Assembly: GCF_036321535.1 (NCBI RefSeq)
Contig: NC_087436.1
Span: 7,502,001 to 7,566,000 of the forward strand
Origin: Camelus dromedarius
Lineage: Eukaryota
Direction: 5' to 3'
Length of the DNA stretch: 64,000 nucleotides
The position numbers and the translations under genes are program-made. The first letter of the stretch is position 1, and every line of letters starts with the position of its first letter. Under the pieces are notes generated by a model, which saw nothing but the letters and a program-made list of their open reading frames with translations, was not told where the DNA came from and did no database searches. This document shows positions 50,276-63,840 of this stretch, piece after piece.

Positions 50276-52448
50276 GTTAGGGATGCCACAGACAGGAAGT
50301 AGACTGAGATGGGAAGAATGAGTAAGGGTTACTTACACGAATAAGGAAGAAACCTTATTAATTTAGTCTCAAGTACTATGTGCTTTACTTACAGGTTTGA
50401 ATGAATGAATGAGTGTGTACACCAGCTAATCTAAACATGTTGAATCCTAAGAATGGGAAATAAAGCTAAAAAAAGTAAACGGATAAGTTTAAACTAGTAC
50501 AACCAGCTTGTTGATACTGGTATGAAAATGCTCTTGATAAAATCAGCATGTCATTAGGAACGGTTAATTATTATTTCTGATCAGTGAAAACTCATAACTC
50601 TAGCATGCATATGGCTGGATTTGGAGTCAGATGACCCTGATTTAAATAACTTTCTAGTCAAATGGTGTTTAAAAATGTCACCACCATTTTCTAGGCCTCA
50701 TTTTCCTTATATATAAAATGCAAATAGTGATAATTCCTCTACGTATGTCATGGAAGTAAAAACATAATATTAGTAAAAGGACACAGAAAGTGATAGTACA
50801 AGACTCTGTTATATGTTTGTCATTATCATGGTTCCAAATTTCTTCTTCTTCTAATTATTTAACCACAACTACCATCAGCACCACTATAACCACTGTTCTA
50901 TTATTACTATTAACTATTAAACTTAAGACAAAGAGGCCAAAGACATTAAAATAGATGTTTTAGTGAAACCACTTTGAAAAAATAATCTCCAGCTTTTTCC
51001 CTCAAAATGATATTATGGAAATGATATTAATTGGAGAGGCTAATAGTGTTAGCCACTGTATCTTGAACAGAATGTATAGTCACTATGTTTTTTGAGAAGT
51101 ATATGAAATAGGCATTATTTTATATATATATATATATATGCACACTATTATGTATAATATATATTTTATATATATATATATACACACTATTAAGTGGTGT
51201 TAAATATATGTATTTTTTATATTAGACACAACCAATGCTGAAATATCATGAATAAAATTCTTTGCTTTTGGTCAAATCTGTCTTTCTTCAGGAGGAGTGT
51301 AAATCTGAAGACAAGTGAATGTGGTGCATTGTTGTCTATTTGTCTTAGATAGTGGTGGAAAAAGAAAGGTGTGTCATAAAGAATAAAAATTATTCAAAGA
51401 ACCATGGAGAATAGGGACTGTCTGTAAGAGAAGGAAAAAACAAAAACAACTCACGTCACTGCCCCTTACACCTCACCTGGTGATTTTGTGCATTGTTAAT
51501 TCATTCATTGAGATCTGGTTCTAAATGCTCTGGCGGGATCAAGGAACGGCTCTTCTCTAGGGGCAGGAAAAATGCCACAGGGTTTTAAAATCAGAATTCA
51601 TGTTAATAAGTCTAAGAACCAATCTTGCTGATACAGAAAGATTAACTCTGCATGCATTTCTGTCTCTCAGCTTTTTTTTTTTTCTTGGCATTAACACAAA
51701 ATGTGTTCTGTTGACTCATGGTGCGCCATATTAGTTAAATTAAACATCAAACATCTGTCTAACTTTCTGATTCCAACATGAATGTGTTGGCAGTCTCAGT
51801 AAAATTTTGAGCTGTTAAAGGCTCTCAATCAGTCAAAAGGATAGAGCTGCTGTAATGGCAAACTCAGCAAGCAATTACATCAAAGGATTTAAAATCTATT
51901 TCAGTAATGCCTTCTGGATAATGGCATTGATCTCAGCGCTCCCCTTGCAGATTTCCTGATATTGCAGAGCAAGGTTTTGCATGGCTTCACATTTAGAAAA
52001 ACACCATTCCCCATTTCTTTTTATGTGAACATAGTTCAGTTCCCTTGAATACACCTACACAGCTATTTCTGACATAATATCTATAAGCTAATCGACCTAT
52101 ATTCATAAAGCCAAAATTCATGCCATGCCCACAAGTCTTTCTTTTTTCTCTTCTGTCACACCAGTTTTGCCAAGGTGGGAGAAGGAATGAGAGGACTTTT
52201 CTTTTATATCCATGTTTTTCTCCTACTCTTAAGTCAAACACAAATAGATTAACCCATCAATCAATCCATAGTTCTCATATTTTAATCTTCACTCAATTTG
52301 TTTATCTTTTGGAGTTGATATGCATAAATGCAATGATTGCAGATGGGGATGTTTCAGGTTAAAGAAATTTTTATAAACTTATTTTGTTCCTTTTTTCTCT
52401 TTCTTCCCTCCCTTCTTTTCCTCCCTCCTTCATTCCTTCCTTCCATTA

Positions 52449-52451
<3 letters not shown>

Positions 52452-52497
<46 letters not shown>
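52452..52497. repeat. (CT)n microsatellite
   Basis: About 23 CT units. Confidence 0.95.
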
Positions 52498-52502
<5 letters not shown>

Positions 52503-53659
52503 GGCAGGGGTTTGGTTAGGGAAGAAATTTATTTAAGAACTTTCATGAACTATCTGTAGATCATCTAAGTGGGTTTTCATGCTGTCCAGGCCTTTTACTT
52601 TATTTTTTAATCTGTTGCTCTAGTGAAGGAATATCTAGATGTAAATTCATGCTAAAATTTGGGTGCTTTAAAGCAGCTGCTAAGTTAGTCAAAATCATGT
52701 TGCAGCTTTCTATTTTAAAATAAGTAAAAGTACAAATCGAATTCTAGGGAACTACGTATTTTTTTTCATATTATATAATAGATAATGCATGTGAGATGAT
52801 TTACTTATTTGTTATTTATTTATTTGTTCTTTAAATCTAGAACCTACTCTATGCCAGAATCCCCAGTGTACCATTATACAATAGTGGAATAAATCTTATA
52901 CTGCTAAATATCTTTGCATTATCTTCTACACATATTAATGTTCTTTCCATCTTAAACAAATAAACACATTTTGGCACCATACTTATCCAGTTGCCTCAAC
53001 TGTCTCTCTCCCCTTTATACTCAGGCAGTTGGAAAGTGTTCTCAAAAATGCTGTTTCCATTTCTCACCTCCAAGTCATCCCTCTAATGTGACATCAGCTG
53101 CTAGGAGAAAGATGATTAAGGGTGGTTGACCACCCTTAATTAATCACCTTTAACCACCGGAAGTCTCCCTCGCTCCAAGGGAAGATGAAGGCCATCTGCA
53201 CTTCTTTGAGTATACTAGGGCATTTCAGGGATGGGTGGGTATTCCAACTTTTATTCCTCTATTATACAGAACATTAACAATCAAGTCACTGTCCTCTCCA
53301 GTTCAATGAAAGGAAGGAGTGCCTAGGTTCAACTGATGGGATTTGGGCAGGAAGGAAAGGGGGAAAAGTGAGGCGGGAAGGTGATGTGAATTTGTGAGTC
53401 GACTTCTTTGGGTTGATTCAGGATACTGTTATTGGGCCTACATAGGAATATACAGTAGGATATGAAGGGTTGCATGCTTGTATTTCCCTGTCCCATAAGT
53501 GCCAAAGGGGATTCTTTCAAGTGGGAAAAGCTGGATGTACCGTTGGGGCTCGACAACTCGAATCATTACTTTGAGCGGCAAGTTTCTGAGACTGATGAGT
53601 TTTCTAACTGAAAATTCTATTTTTCTAGTTGGAGGTTGGCAAAGGAAAGGCACCTTCAT

Positions 53660-55000
53660 CTAGAGACGCCTCTTGGAGTTTTGGACTTGTTGCCTCTCTG
53701 ACAGAGCTTGGCTATTATCTTGCTTCTAGGCTCTTATTAAAACTGAATGCCTGATCCATGAAAACCTTATAACTCTGATCTGATAATACAATTTTTGAAG
53801 GTCGACTCAATTACTAACAAGGTGGGAGGAGTCTAAAAAGCTTTGCTTGTCAAATGGCAATGAGATATTCCAGAATTCAACTGGCCTGGCCCTGGACAGA
53901 TCTCAGCTTTACATAAAAAGTGGCAGCTAGCCCTTCAGGGGAACCTTTATCCCCCACTTTGCTTTCTACTGTCTCAGACTCACAGAGGTTCCGCTGAATG
54001 TCCAGGCCTGACTCCCCGATGGCTTAGCTAAGCTGGAAGTTGATGGTGTCCTTTGGATTGGGCGGTATTCAACAGTAGTACCAACTGCAAAATCAAAAAT
54101 GGTCATGGTTAATCCACTTAGCGGGTGGTAGTGAGAGTTATTCTCATAGTTCTGGCTAATGTTCCCCTTAATTAAACGTTGCTATATTTTTAGTGACCCT
54201 TGCTGTCTGGTCTGCTTTTGGAAAACTGCAGACTAGTAAATAAAAGACACCCATTTGGGGGCCATGTAGTGAGGAAGTGCATGATGATTGCTGACTAACT
54301 GGAATACTCATGCAAATGCCCATGGTAAGAGTAGTTTCCTCATGAAACTGCCTGAAGTCAACTTGCTGATTGAGCCTGCACCAGCCAGATTGCCATTGAT
54401 GCTGCTTAGATCCATGCTGGGCATGGCAGTACATCTGATGCAGAGGCTACCATTGGATGCATACCTGTGACTCCTGCCAAAATTGACCTGTTTGTCTCTA
54501 ATTGAAGGAGGCCATATGGCACAGGGCAGGGCTTCTACCCATTTTTGACAGTTTGACTACATGGATCTTTGACTTCCCTCTTGGTTATCCGTGGTTCCTC
54601 TGCACTGTTTTGATGGTTATTTTTTAGCTTACAGTGCTTCTAGTCTGATCCAGCTGACTCTCACACCACTATGGCCCTTAAAACTAATCTGTGTCATGTT
54701 TTCAGATTTCTGGACCATTTGCAATCTGGAAAAGGATACCAAAGTATTCAATGGACTTTGAATACTCTTTATCATCTGATACTGTTAATTATTGGAATAG
54801 CCTCCTTAAAAATTGACTTTAAAAGATTTCTAACTCTACTTCCTTCTTAATAAGGCCATTTGGTCACTCAATGTGACTATTCTCAGAAAGAAAGTACCTC
54901 CTCTCAGCTACTTCCTAGCAATGATCAAAATGGTTTTATATAGACCTATTCTGAGAGTTGGGGAATTCGTTGTAACCATTCCTGGGTATGGTCCTGCTTT
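53660..55000 (+). pseudogene. pol: class III (ERV-L-like) pol remnant: connection, RNase H, integrase
   Basis: Decayed motifs ALIKTECL (ERV-L WALVETE), KVGGV*KALLVKWQ*, A*LPDGLA at 54006 (AWFTDGSA), THANAHGK, HAGHG...CDSC and QFDYMDL (WQVDYIGPL). Confidence 0.75.
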
Positions 55001-55492
55001 TATTCCCCTAACAGCAGCCCTAAGGTAGTCTGGTTGGTACACTCTCTGGGTTGAAGCCTGGTCACAAGAGAATCTAATGAATTCAAGCTGGATTCTTATT
55101 CAGCCACAAAGATTCTCTTGTTAGATTGGCATAGTCACATATCATATGGTCACATATGTACTGACCATTTGGTTGAATATATTACTTGCCAGTTCCTTCT
55201 GTAGTGGAACATATGAGCCAAAGTGAGGGACATAATGGGTTTCTGTATGCTTTCTAACCATGATCATCTTCCTTAAAACTGATATCTAATGAAAAATCTG
55301 GGTTTGAGTAAGAAATGATTGGGGAAAAGTTGAGTTTATAACTACCAGAAGAGCACACGTGAATTTTGTCACAGTGGAGAGATAATAATGATGTTGGTGT
55401 CTGGGGAGAAAATATCTCAGATGCTCAAAAGTACAGGTGAGGAAAGAATGACCTTAACAGTCTCTTCCAGAATCACCCCTGGAGTCTTCCTT

Positions 55493-56172
55493 ATGAAGGA
55501 AAATACCTTGGCGCAGTTTTCTTCAACTGTTGCAAGCACTATAAATTTAACTCACTGTTGAGTCTGTCAAATCCCTTTCTTACCCCAATCAGACTGTTCT
55601 GACTATTCCCATTAACCTTACCAAGAAGTCTACTAGGAACAATTGATGATGACATTCCTCCACCTTCCATGTAAACATTCATTAACACTTTTGGATGTCT
55701 TCCCCACTCCCTTCCCTCAAACAGTCCCTCCAAACACAAAAACTAGAATTGATTACATAACTGAACTAGGAACCCTAAGGCTACCTTGGAAGCAATTTCA
55801 ACCTGAATTCAGTGACTGCTATAGACCTTTCTTGAGGGGTCCCAAGAATTTAACAGTAGCTTCTTTCCAAGGGCAACATGTACAACCCTGGGATATACTT
55901 GCTATCTGGGAGTCAGGTATTAACTTGCCTTCCTCTCCAAAATACAGTAACCTGCATATTAGGAGTGATCATAAGAGACATTCAGGTGACTAAAGAAATG
56001 ACTCCAGTAGATCATGTAACTTACAATGACCATAAAGATCTCTTCAAAATGAAGCTACCTTTAGTTACTCAAAGGAACTTCCCAGAGGGACAACTGACTT
56101 CTTCATGTGTACTCTGTGGGTTATTTTCCATAAAATGGGAGTTATCCAATTAAAAAACTGTTATGAACATGT
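55493..56172 (+). pseudogene. env: retroviral env remnant (SU and start of TM, gamma-type)
   Basis: MKENTLAQFSSTVASTINLTHC*VC (CWVC motif); PGIYLLSGSQVLTCLP...TCILG (SU C-terminal motif); GVIQLK near the start of TM. Confidence 0.65.
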
Positions 56173-58139
56173 AAAATAAAAGGAACAAAAAGAATGAGTG
56201 ATTTGATCAACAGAAGAAAGAACAGACTTAGAAAATAAACTAAAGATCTGATTGGAAAAAAGCAACAATCTAAATAATACCTGTTGAGTTAATATCTGTA
56301 AGGATGGAGGCATGGGGTAAGAATAAGGGGGCATAATAACTAGAAATTGGGTCTTGGTATAATCACAGGTAACATTGGTCAGATGCAGAATAATGAAATT
56401 ATTAATTTGTGAATCCTAAAATATGTCCTGACCAGAGGTTGGATTTGTTAATCATTTGAAAAGGGCTGACATTTTGATTATGGAATAGGCTGGACTCTCT
56501 CACACTTTGTGAAGATTGGAAAATAACGCATGCTATTATTTTGTATAGAGCATTCTTTTTTGTTTTTTACTTTGTAGTGTGACATGCTAGAGCAAACTTT
56601 ATCAATATTGTGATTTACATTTTAAATAAATGAGCTATTTCTTGGTACAAATTTAAAAAAAAAAGCTCTGGGAAAGGATGTTTTCCCAAAGAAACACATC
56701 TGTTTTGAGTGATCTTAAAAGTATTTTTGTCTTTGATTTGTTAGTTAGGTAACTGGGTATCTCACTGAATAACATTAAATTGATCGGCATTTAGTTTTCA
56801 TTCTTAAAGCAAATACAGAAAAGAAAGCAAGAAAAGCAGAGATTTTTGGAAGGCAAGCTTACCCTAACCTTATATTGAGATTTATAGTAAATTTAGGGAC
56901 ACTGAGAATTAAATAGTTATCAAGAAAGTCAAATAATTAAATTTTAAATTGTGGTAAGATAACTTCTCATTATTAGCATCAACTCACTGCAGACTAACGC
57001 AATGAGGTCAAATATTGCTAACAGAAAATAAACAAATATCAAAAAGCACAATTTTCCTCTTTTGTCTGCTCTATGCTGTCCCCAAATAAGAATAATAGAA
57101 CTCATCAACCACACTGCATACACAATTAAGAACTCATAGGAAAAGCATTGATACAAAAGGATTGTGGTAGCTAAAATTAAACCCCTGAAAGTTAGACTAG
57201 TTAATAGAATGCTAACTGCTGACACAGTTTCAATTAGTGTATATTGTAGATTGCATGCTATTTCAAGCAAGGACTATATAAAATTAGTGAGCTGAAAATA
57301 ATGAAAGATAATTTGAATTATGGTAACATCACTATTTCCCATCTAATATTTATACCACATTTGCAATTTAATATTCATTCTCATTACTGTCAAATGGCAA
57401 CAGCAAGAACAGAAACAGTCTTCATTGTTTTCCTATAATGTATCTTCCCTGCCAGTTGGAAAAAGAAAGTTCCATTTCCATAATGAAGTTAGAACTCCAG
57501 TTCTTTATTGGAGAGAGAAATGTTCATGCTATAAGTGAATAATTTTGTAACTCTTAAAAGAATAGTAGTGGAGTTTCATTTTATTATTCATTTGAATTTT
57601 TCTTATAAGCATAAGGGAGTTAGAGATGATGGTCCCAAATACAGATAAAATAAATCATGCTACAAAGAGTGCATTAATATTTTATTTCCTTTCATTAATG
57701 TATATGGTGAAAAGTTAATACTTATTCATATACATATTATTGACTAAAATGTGATGCCAAAGAAAAATATTTTGGTTTTAGATATCGGTGTGTTTTACAC
57801 TATTACTTTTGATAATAATCATGATAGAATAATCCATCATTGAAAATGTACACTTATAAAGCTACAGAATATGGATGGAATGTATATACTCTTAGCAATA
57901 ATTCTAGTTATTCTTCTCTTGCTTTTGCAAATAATTTGCCTGGACAGCTTTTTTCTTTTTGTCATTATTCTATATGTGCCTTATTATTTTTAGGCAAAGA
58001 AGTTTTTTTTCATTGTTGTCACTGTCAAGAGTCTAGTACAATATGTAATACATATCCTGCACTCAAAAAATACAGAGATTTTAAAAAGTTAAATAAAGTA
58101 TTACATGGCAACAATTAAGGGACCTAGCTACACCTAATG

Positions 58140-58455
58140 AATCACTGCCTAGTATAATGCCTTCAAGATGCATCCACATTGTTGCAGCAAAGAGCAGGAT
58201 TTCATCTTTTTCTCATGGCTGAATAATATTCTATTGTGCATATATATATAAAATTTCTTAATCCATTCATCCAGTAATGGACACTTAGATTATTTTCATA
58301 TCTCAGCTACTGTGAATAATGATGGAATACACATGAGAATGCATATCTTTTCAATATCACTTTTATATCCTTTGGTTACATGCTCAGAAGTGAGACTGCT
58401 CATTTATAAGGGCATTATGCTAAGCGAGATAAGCCAGATGGTGAAAGACAAACAA
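58140..58455. mobile_element. old L1 3' ORF2 fragment with inversion
   Basis: 58140-58400 is on the minus strand; 58410-58455 is on the plus strand and resumes at ggcattatgctaag. Confidence 0.65.
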
Positions 58456-58459
58456 AGTC

Positions 58460-61400
58460 CTTAGACTATAAAGAGTTTTGAAAGAGGAAAGTGCCAGTCC
58501 AAGATAGCAAGACAGAGAGCTCTGAATGCACCTCCTCTCATGGACATACCATGTACATAGCTACACATGGAGCAATTCCAGAAATTAGCTGCGTGAATCC
58601 TACAAATGGGGCAAACAAGAAAATACCAACATTGAAATAAATCTTAGCATATCCTCAACTACTGGAAGACATTAAGAACAAAAAAGGCAGCTTGGACAAT
58701 AACAAAGATTTGCAAAACAATGAAGTGCTTGACTGGGCTGGAAGTAAGGCTTGCCTCCTACATGAGAACAGTCTGTCAAGACTGGGAGAGGTGGCTGTTT
58801 TCTCTAATGCACACAAACCAATTCAGAGAGTCATGGAAATGAAACAGAGGCATATGTTCTAAAGAAAAGAACAAAACTCCAGAAACAGGACTTAAAGAAA
58901 CAGAGGTAAGTGATTTACCTAATAGAGAGTTCAAAATTATGGTCATAAAGATGTTTACCAAGATCAGGAGAACAATGCATAAACAAGGTTAAAATTTCAA
59001 CCAGAAGATTAAAAATTATAAGAAAGTACCAAACATAAATCTCAGAGCTGAAAAATAAAATAACTGAATTGAAAAACTCAATAGAGGGGTTAAACAGGAG
59101 ACTAAATAAAATGGGAGAAAAGCTCAGTGAACTCAAAGACATGGCAGTGGAATTCATCCATAAGAGGAGCAAAAAGAAAAAGAATGAAAAAGACTAAAGA
59201 CTGCTTGACATACTAATGGGAAACAATCAAGAGGACCAATGTTCACATTATATGAATCCCTGAAGAAGAAGAGAGAGAAAATGACAGAAGCTTATTCAAA
59301 GACATAATGGCTGAAAACTTCCCTAAAATGGAGAAAGACGTACCCAGATCCAGAAAGTCCATCAGTTCCAAGTGAGATGAGACCAATGAGATCCAAACCA
59401 AGACACACTAAAATTAAATTGTCAAATGTTAAAGACAAGGAGAGCATCTTAAAATCAGCAAGAAAAAATCAAGTTGTTAGTATAAGGGAGCCCCAAAAGA
59501 CTTTTAGCAGATTTCTCAGCAGTAACTATGCAGGTCAAAAGGGAATAGCATGATATATTCAAAGTGTAGAAAGAAAAGATCTGCCAACAAAGAATGATCT
59601 ATCTGGCAACGCTGTCCTTCAGAATTAAAAGAGAGTTAGAGAGTTTTCTAGACAAGCAAAAGCTAAAAGAGTTCATCACCACTAGATTGGCCTTACAAAA
59701 GAAATATTAAAAAGACTTCTTCAAGCTGAAATGAAAAGATGATAATCAGTAAGAGGAAAACATATGAAACTGTAAACCTCACTAGTTAAGGTGAATAGAT
59801 AGTTAAATTCAGAATAATCTGATATTGGCATTGTGGTATGTATCACATAAATCTAGCATGAAAGTTAAAAGACAAAATATAAAAAACATACTAATTTAAC
59901 AGCTACATAACATAAAAAGATGTAAATTGTGATGTCAAAAGCATAAGATGTTGGGGGAAGTGTAAAATGTAGACTTTTAGAATTAATTCAAACTTAAGTT
60001 GTTATCAACTTAAAATAGACTGTTATAAATAGAAGATTCTTATATAAGCCTCATAGAAACCACAAAGTAAAAACTTACAGCAGATACATAAAAGAGAAAA
60101 AGAAAGAAATCTAAGCATACCACTATAGAAAATTATCAAAATCACTAAGGACAAGAGAAAGAGAAGAAGAAAGGAACAAAGGAATTATAAAACAGACAGG
60201 AAATTGTTAACAAAATGGCAATAGTAAGTTCATACCTACCAATAATTACTTTAAATGTAAATGGACCAAATTATACAATCAAAAGACAGAGTGGCTGGAC
60301 AGGTTAAAAAAAAAACAATAAAAACAAGATTCAACTATATACTACCTACAAGAGACTTACCTCAGCTTTCAGGGCACACACAGGTTAAAGTGAAGGGATG
60401 GAGAAAGGTATTTCATGTAAGTGGAACCTGAAAGAAAGAGGGGTATCTACAATTACATCAGACAAGGTAGACTTTAAGACCAAGACTGCAATAGGAGAGA
60501 TAGAAGGTCATTATACAATGATAAAGGAATCAATCCAATGAAGAAATACAACATTTGTCAATATTTGTGCACCCAACATAAGAGCACCTAAATATGTAAA
60601 GCAAATATTACAGACCTAAAAGGAGAAATGAACAGCAATACGATAATGGCAAGGGACTTCAATAACCCACTTATCTATCAGTAGATTGATAAGCAAAACA
60701 GAAAATCAACAAGGAAACACTGGGATTAAGTAACACATTAGACAAAATGGACTTAATAGACACTATGAACAATCAATAGGTCAAAAAAGAAATCAAAAGA
60801 GAAATGAATAAATCTTGAGACAAGTGAAAACAGAAATACAACATATTAAATCTAAGATAAAGAAAGCAAAAGCAGTTCTAAGAGGAAAGGTCATGGTAAT
60901 AAAGACCTACATTAAAAACAAGAAAGAGCTTCAGTAAACAACCTAACTATACAACTCAAGGAATTAGATAAAGAAGAACAAATCAAGCATAAAATTAGTA
61001 GAAGGAAAGAAATAACAAAGATGAGAGTGAAAATAAATGAAGTAGAGACTAAAAAGATGGTAAAAATCAATAAAGTTGAACTATTTTTTCAAAAGACAAA
61101 CAAAATAGACAAATGTTTAGTTAGACTCACCAAGAAATGAAAGACGAGTTGTTACAACACCACAGAAGTACAAAAGACTATAAGAGACTATGAATAATTA
61201 TATGCCAAGAAACTGGACAATCCAGAAGAAATAGGTACATACCTATAAACACATAACTTACCAAGACTGAATATGATGAAATAAAAATATGAATAGACCA
61301 ATTACTAGATGTGGAAAAAACCTAATTATTTATTGTCAGATGAATGGATAAAGAAAATGTGGTGTGTATACTTTTTAATTTATATATATTATATTTTATT

Positions 61401-61985
61401 TATGTATTACATATTTTATATATTGCATTATGTATATATATATATATATATTCCTATATACATATGTAGGAGTCTTATTCAGCCATAAAAAGGAAGAAAT
61501 CCTGTCATTTACAACAAAATGGATAAACCTAATGCCTGGAGGGCATTAGGCTAAGTGAAATAAACCAGACAGAGAATGACGAATACTGCATGGTATCATA
61601 TGTGGAATCAAAAAAAAAATTCAAGGTCATAGAAACAGAAAGTAGAAAACTGGTTACCAGGTACTGGGTGGTGGGGAAAGTAAAGAGAGATTGGTTAAAG
61701 GGTACAAAATTTTAGCTATAAGAAAAATACAATGTTTGGCTCTAATGTAAAACTTGATGACTATGGTTGATAACACTGCACCATGTAATTGAAATTAGCT
61801 AAGAGAGTGGAATTTAAATGTTCTTATACACACACAAAGATTAATATGGGAGGTGATGGATGTGTTAATTAACTAGATGGGAGGAATTTTTTCACAATGT
61901 ACACATATATCAAATCATCATAATGTACACTTCAAATATTTTATAATTTTATATATTGACTATACCTCAATAAAGCTGAATTTTT
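58460..61985 (+). mobile_element. old L1 (L1M/L1MA-like): 5' end, ORF1, ORF2 endonuclease, large deletion, 3' end
   Basis: 5' caagatagc...cacctcctctcatggac; decayed ORF1 about 58830-59730; ORF2 from about 60215 (IITLNVNG, endonuclease motifs); 3'UTR ending tacctcaataaagctg. Confidence 0.85.
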
Positions 61986-61989
61986 AAAA

Positions 61990-62640
61990 CAGACATGCAT
62001 TGTTATATTGGATTAAATGGTACAGCCCAAATATATACTGCTTGAATGAATCTCACTTTAACTGAAAACAGTGATATTTTAAAAGAAAAAATGATAGAAA
62101 AATATTTACCATGTAAAAATGAATCAAAAGGAAGTTATAACAATTATATTATTATCAGATAAAATCTATTCCAGAACAATAATGTCAGGGATAGAATAAG
62201 ACATATAATAATAATAAAGGGATCAACTTATCAACAGGATATAATGGTACTAAGTGTATATATTCACAATGATAGAGTTATAAAATACATGAAGTAAATA
62301 TAAATAGGACTGAAAGTAGAAGTAGATAGCTTAGCATTTATTCTTGGAGATTTCAACATTCCTTTCTCTGTAATTGGAGAAACAAGTAGAAAGAAAACCA
62401 GTGAGTATACAGAGACTTGTAAAACACTATCAATCAACTTGACCTCATTTCCATTTATGGAACAATTCACACAACAGCAGAAGACACATCCTTTTGAAAT
62501 GCTCATAGGCTATTCACCAAAATAAACAATACTCCAGACCATAAAACAAGTTCAGTAAATTTCAAAGGTTTGAAATTATACAAAGTCTGCTTCCTTATCT
62601 AAATGGAATTAGATAGAAGTCAATATAAATAGATAATACA
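61990..62640 (+). mobile_element. older L1 ORF2 endonuclease fragment
   Basis: tggattaaa...tgcttgaatgaatctcac (WIK...CCLQETH-like) and ggagatttcaacatt (GDFN). Confidence 0.7.
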
Positions 62641-63121
62641 CCAGGATAGGAAGCACAGACTTGATTTGGTAGACCAGAGAGTTATTTATTGAAGGGTTTC
62701 AAGCATGGAAGTATCACATTTGGTAGATTTCTCAGGTAGTAATTAGAGTAAAGGTCATAAGAGAGGCGAAGCTGGAGGGACTATGATATGAGAGGTACTG
62801 CAGCTTGGGTGAAAGGTGACGAGGCCCTGCATAGAAACAGACTTGGGAAATACGTACCAGAAAAACACATGCAAGGCATGTTGACTAATTACAAAAAGGA
62901 TGAAAAACAAGCACAAGATGGCTCCATGTCTCCTGCTTGAATGATGGGGTGCTAATAACTGATAATGCAGATGAAAGAGGGAAAGTATTCTATTCCTCAC
63001 AACAGTCCTATCAGAGGGCACTAGTGCATCTCTCTTAATGGATGAAATCTGGAACTTGGGTCAAATGACTGTCCCAGACCAGACTGCCAGTACATAGTGG
63101 GACCTCAGTAAATGAGGTCTA

Positions 63122-63150
63122 GATGATGATGATGATGATGATGACGACGA
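63122..63150. repeat. (GAT)n/(GAC)n microsatellite
   Basis: gatgatgat...gacgacga. Confidence 0.9.
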
Positions 63151-63699
63151 CTATTATTATTAACTTGTTGCGTCTTGGGAGAGAAGGAGTATTACATGAA
63201 AAGCCTGTCGGGACCTTATGACATCACTGTCACATCAGGGAACTAGGAAACTCCCAAGAGACTCCTGGGGGTGCTTGGCTTAGATACCCCACCATGGGTG
63301 ATGCCATCCCTGACTTCTCCCAGGTGCCCCTCTCATTGCTCACTCCTTCCCCTAAAACTTTCTTGAGCGGTAGCTAGGTGCTAAGTCCGGAAACTGAGGA
63401 TAAGACAGTCAGCACTATTGTCAGGGATAGGCATGATTCTTTTCCCCAAAGAAGATGATTAAATGAAACCAAAAGTTAAAACATATTGGGAAATGCCCTG
63501 CAACGAGGGAGGTAAAGACAACTATCCCCTTTTGGCAGGGTTACTGTGGAGTTAAAGGAGAAGTGGGATGTATGTATTTGGGGATGAAAATTTCCCATCT
63601 AATGGCTTCTAGTTCCTCTGTAGAGTGGGAACCTAGGACACCTCCTGAGGTGGTGAATGCAGAAGTTTTAGGAAGTGAAGGTTTGAAATAATATTGAGG

Positions 63700-63840
63700 A
63701 TGGGAAAGACAGTAGACCAGGTAAATGACATAAACTACAAGAGGCAGGGAGCTTTTATCAGTTCTGTTCACTGATGTAGTCTACATGCTTAGAACAGTGC
63801 CGAGAAATACTAGACACTTTATATATACGGAATGAATGGT
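63700..63840 (+). mobile_element. L2 3' end
   Basis: ggcaggga...ctgttcactgatgta...cttagaacagtgcc...gaatgaatg. Confidence 0.6.

Noticed and set aside
53543..53560. tRNA-Pro-like PBS (tggggctcg)
   Set aside because: Only about 9 nt match, and no LTR end can be defined next to it.
56944..57270. 108-aa hydrophobic ORF resembling a membrane protein
   Set aside because: Hydrophobicity follows from T-rich composition on the minus strand; non-ATG start and no recognisable family.
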